A DNA stretch of 64,000 nucleotides, taken from contig CAVXTP010000010.1 in the NCBI GenBank assembly GCA_963764715.1, positions 1-64,000 of the forward strand, written 5' to 3'. Positions 62,977 to 64,000 of the stretch are shown here, one piece after another. The position numbers were made by a program, and so were the translations under genes. The stretch comes from an uncultured Acidobacteriota bacterium. Lineage in GTDB: Bacteria; Acidobacteriota; Thermoanaerobaculia; UBA5066; Gp7-AA6. The stretch's first letter is position 1. Every line of letters starts with the position of its first letter. Under the pieces are notes generated by a model that worked only from the letters and a program-made list of their open reading frames with translations, did not search any database and was not told the origin of the DNA.

Positions 62977-64000
62977 TCACGCCTTCGCCAGCTCGTCCTT
63001 GAGCCGCTCGGCCTGGAGCTGGGCGGAGATGGGCTCGACGAGCTCGTCGAGGTTCCCGTCGAGGACGTCCTGGAGGCGGTGGGTCGTGAACCCGATGCGG
63101 TGGTCGGTGATGCGGGACTGCGGGAAGTTGTACGTCCGGATCTTCTCGGACCGGTCGCCCGAGCCCACCATCTTCTTGCGCTCGGCGGCGATCGCGCCGA
63201 CCTGCTTCTCCTGCTCGGCCTCGAGGAGCCGGGCCTTGAGCACCCGCATGGCCTTGGCCTTGTTCTTGATCTGGCTGCGCTCGTCCTGGCACTGGACGAC
63301 GAGCCCGGTCGGCAGGTGGGTGAGCCGGACGGCCGAGTAGGTCGTGTTGACGCCCTGGCCCCCCGGGCCCGAGGCGCAGAACCGGTCGACGCGGATGTCC
63401 TTCTCCTCGACCTTGACCTCGACGTCCTCGGCCTCGGGAAGGACGGCGACCGTGGCCGCGGACGTGTGGATGCGGCCCGAGCTCTCGGTCGCCGGAACGC
63501 GCTGCACGCGGTGGACGCCGCCCTCGTACTTGAGCCGGGAGTAGGCGCCGTCGCCCTCGATGATCGCCGTGATGGTCTTGATGCCGCCGATGCCGGTGTC
63601 GTCGCGGTCGACGATCTCGACCTTCCAGCGCCGGCGCTCGGCGTACCGCTGGTACATGCGGAAGAGCGCGGCCGCGAAGAGGGCGGCCTCGTCCCCGCCG
63701 GTGCCGGCCCGGATCTCGAGGAAGACGTTGCGCGAGTCGTTCGGGTCCTTGGGCAGGAGGAGGACCTTCAGGGCCTCCTCGGCGGCGGCGAGCCGCTCGG
63801 TCAGCGAGGCCCGCTCGGCCGACGCCATCTGGTAGAGCTCGTCGCCCGGCGGCAGGGACTCGGTCAGCTCGCGCGCGCCGTCGAGCTCCCGCTGGAGCTG
63901 GCGGTGCTCCTCCATCTTCCGGATGATCGGCTCGAGCTCGGTCAGCGTCTTCTGGGCGTCCCGGACCGCGCGGTGGTCCTGCACGAAGGCCGGGTCCGCC
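62977..64000 (-). CDS. prfA: Peptide chain release factor 1 (5' end outside window)
   Basis: QRVPATE (PxT motif), [17 protein letters not shown]. Confidence 0.97.
   Translation of the reverse strand, partial: ADPAFVQDHRAVRDAQKTLTELEPIIRKMEEHRQLQRELDGARELTESLPPGDELYQMASAERASLTERLAAAEEALKVLLLPKDPNDSRNVFLEIRAGTGGDEAALFAAALFRMYQRYAERRRWKVEIVDRDDTGIGGIKTITAIIEGDGAYSRLKYEGGVHRVQRVPATESSGRIHTSAATVAVLPEAEDVEVKVEEKDIRVDRFCASGPGGQGVNTTYSAVRLTHLPTGLVVQCQDERSQIKNKAKAMRVLKARLLEAEQEKQVGAIAAERKKMVGSGDRSEKIRTYNFPQSRITDHRIGFTTHRLQDVLDGNLDELVEPISAQLQAERLKDELAKA

Overview
High-GC bacterial chromosomal segment. It looks like Acidobacteriota (Thermoanaerobaculia-like); this is inferred from the Hanks kinases with TPR repeats, an SLH-like C-terminal module and the gene order. 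Core genes present: tRNA-Leu(TAG), tig-clpP-clpX-lon-rho, futalosine genes mqnA/mqnC, rplU-rpmA-obgE-nadD-rsfS, dksA, a holA-like gene, rsmI and prfA-prmC-murA-HIT. Accessory genes are interspersed: an RND efflux locus with two tandem permeases, a QueC-like PP-loop enzyme next to a DAACS transporter, three Ser/Thr kinases, two M1 peptidases, large secreted repeat proteins, LemA-TPM-TPM, a giant CPBP protein, an ABC-2 transporter, CocE and PanE. Many single-base frameshifts (1-5.1 kb and 55-56.4 kb) look like long-read consensus errors. The most unusual content is non-coding. (i) Three dispersed copies of a 115-160 nt branched element (701-856, 25353-25512, 35492-35607) show compensatory base changes, GAA triloops and tandem GA mismatches, which suggests a structure folding as single-stranded DNA. 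(ii) There are GTAG-type REP palindromes. (iii) A GGGGTCAG repeat family brackets panE like a cassette. (iv) There are several heptamer arrays. (v) A ~745 bp near-identical block with G-ending codon bias is shared by the two RND paralogues. (vi) Many promoters appear to be leaderless. No transposase, integrase, reverse transcriptase or CRISPR-cas gene was seen. All alignments and pairings were done by eye.
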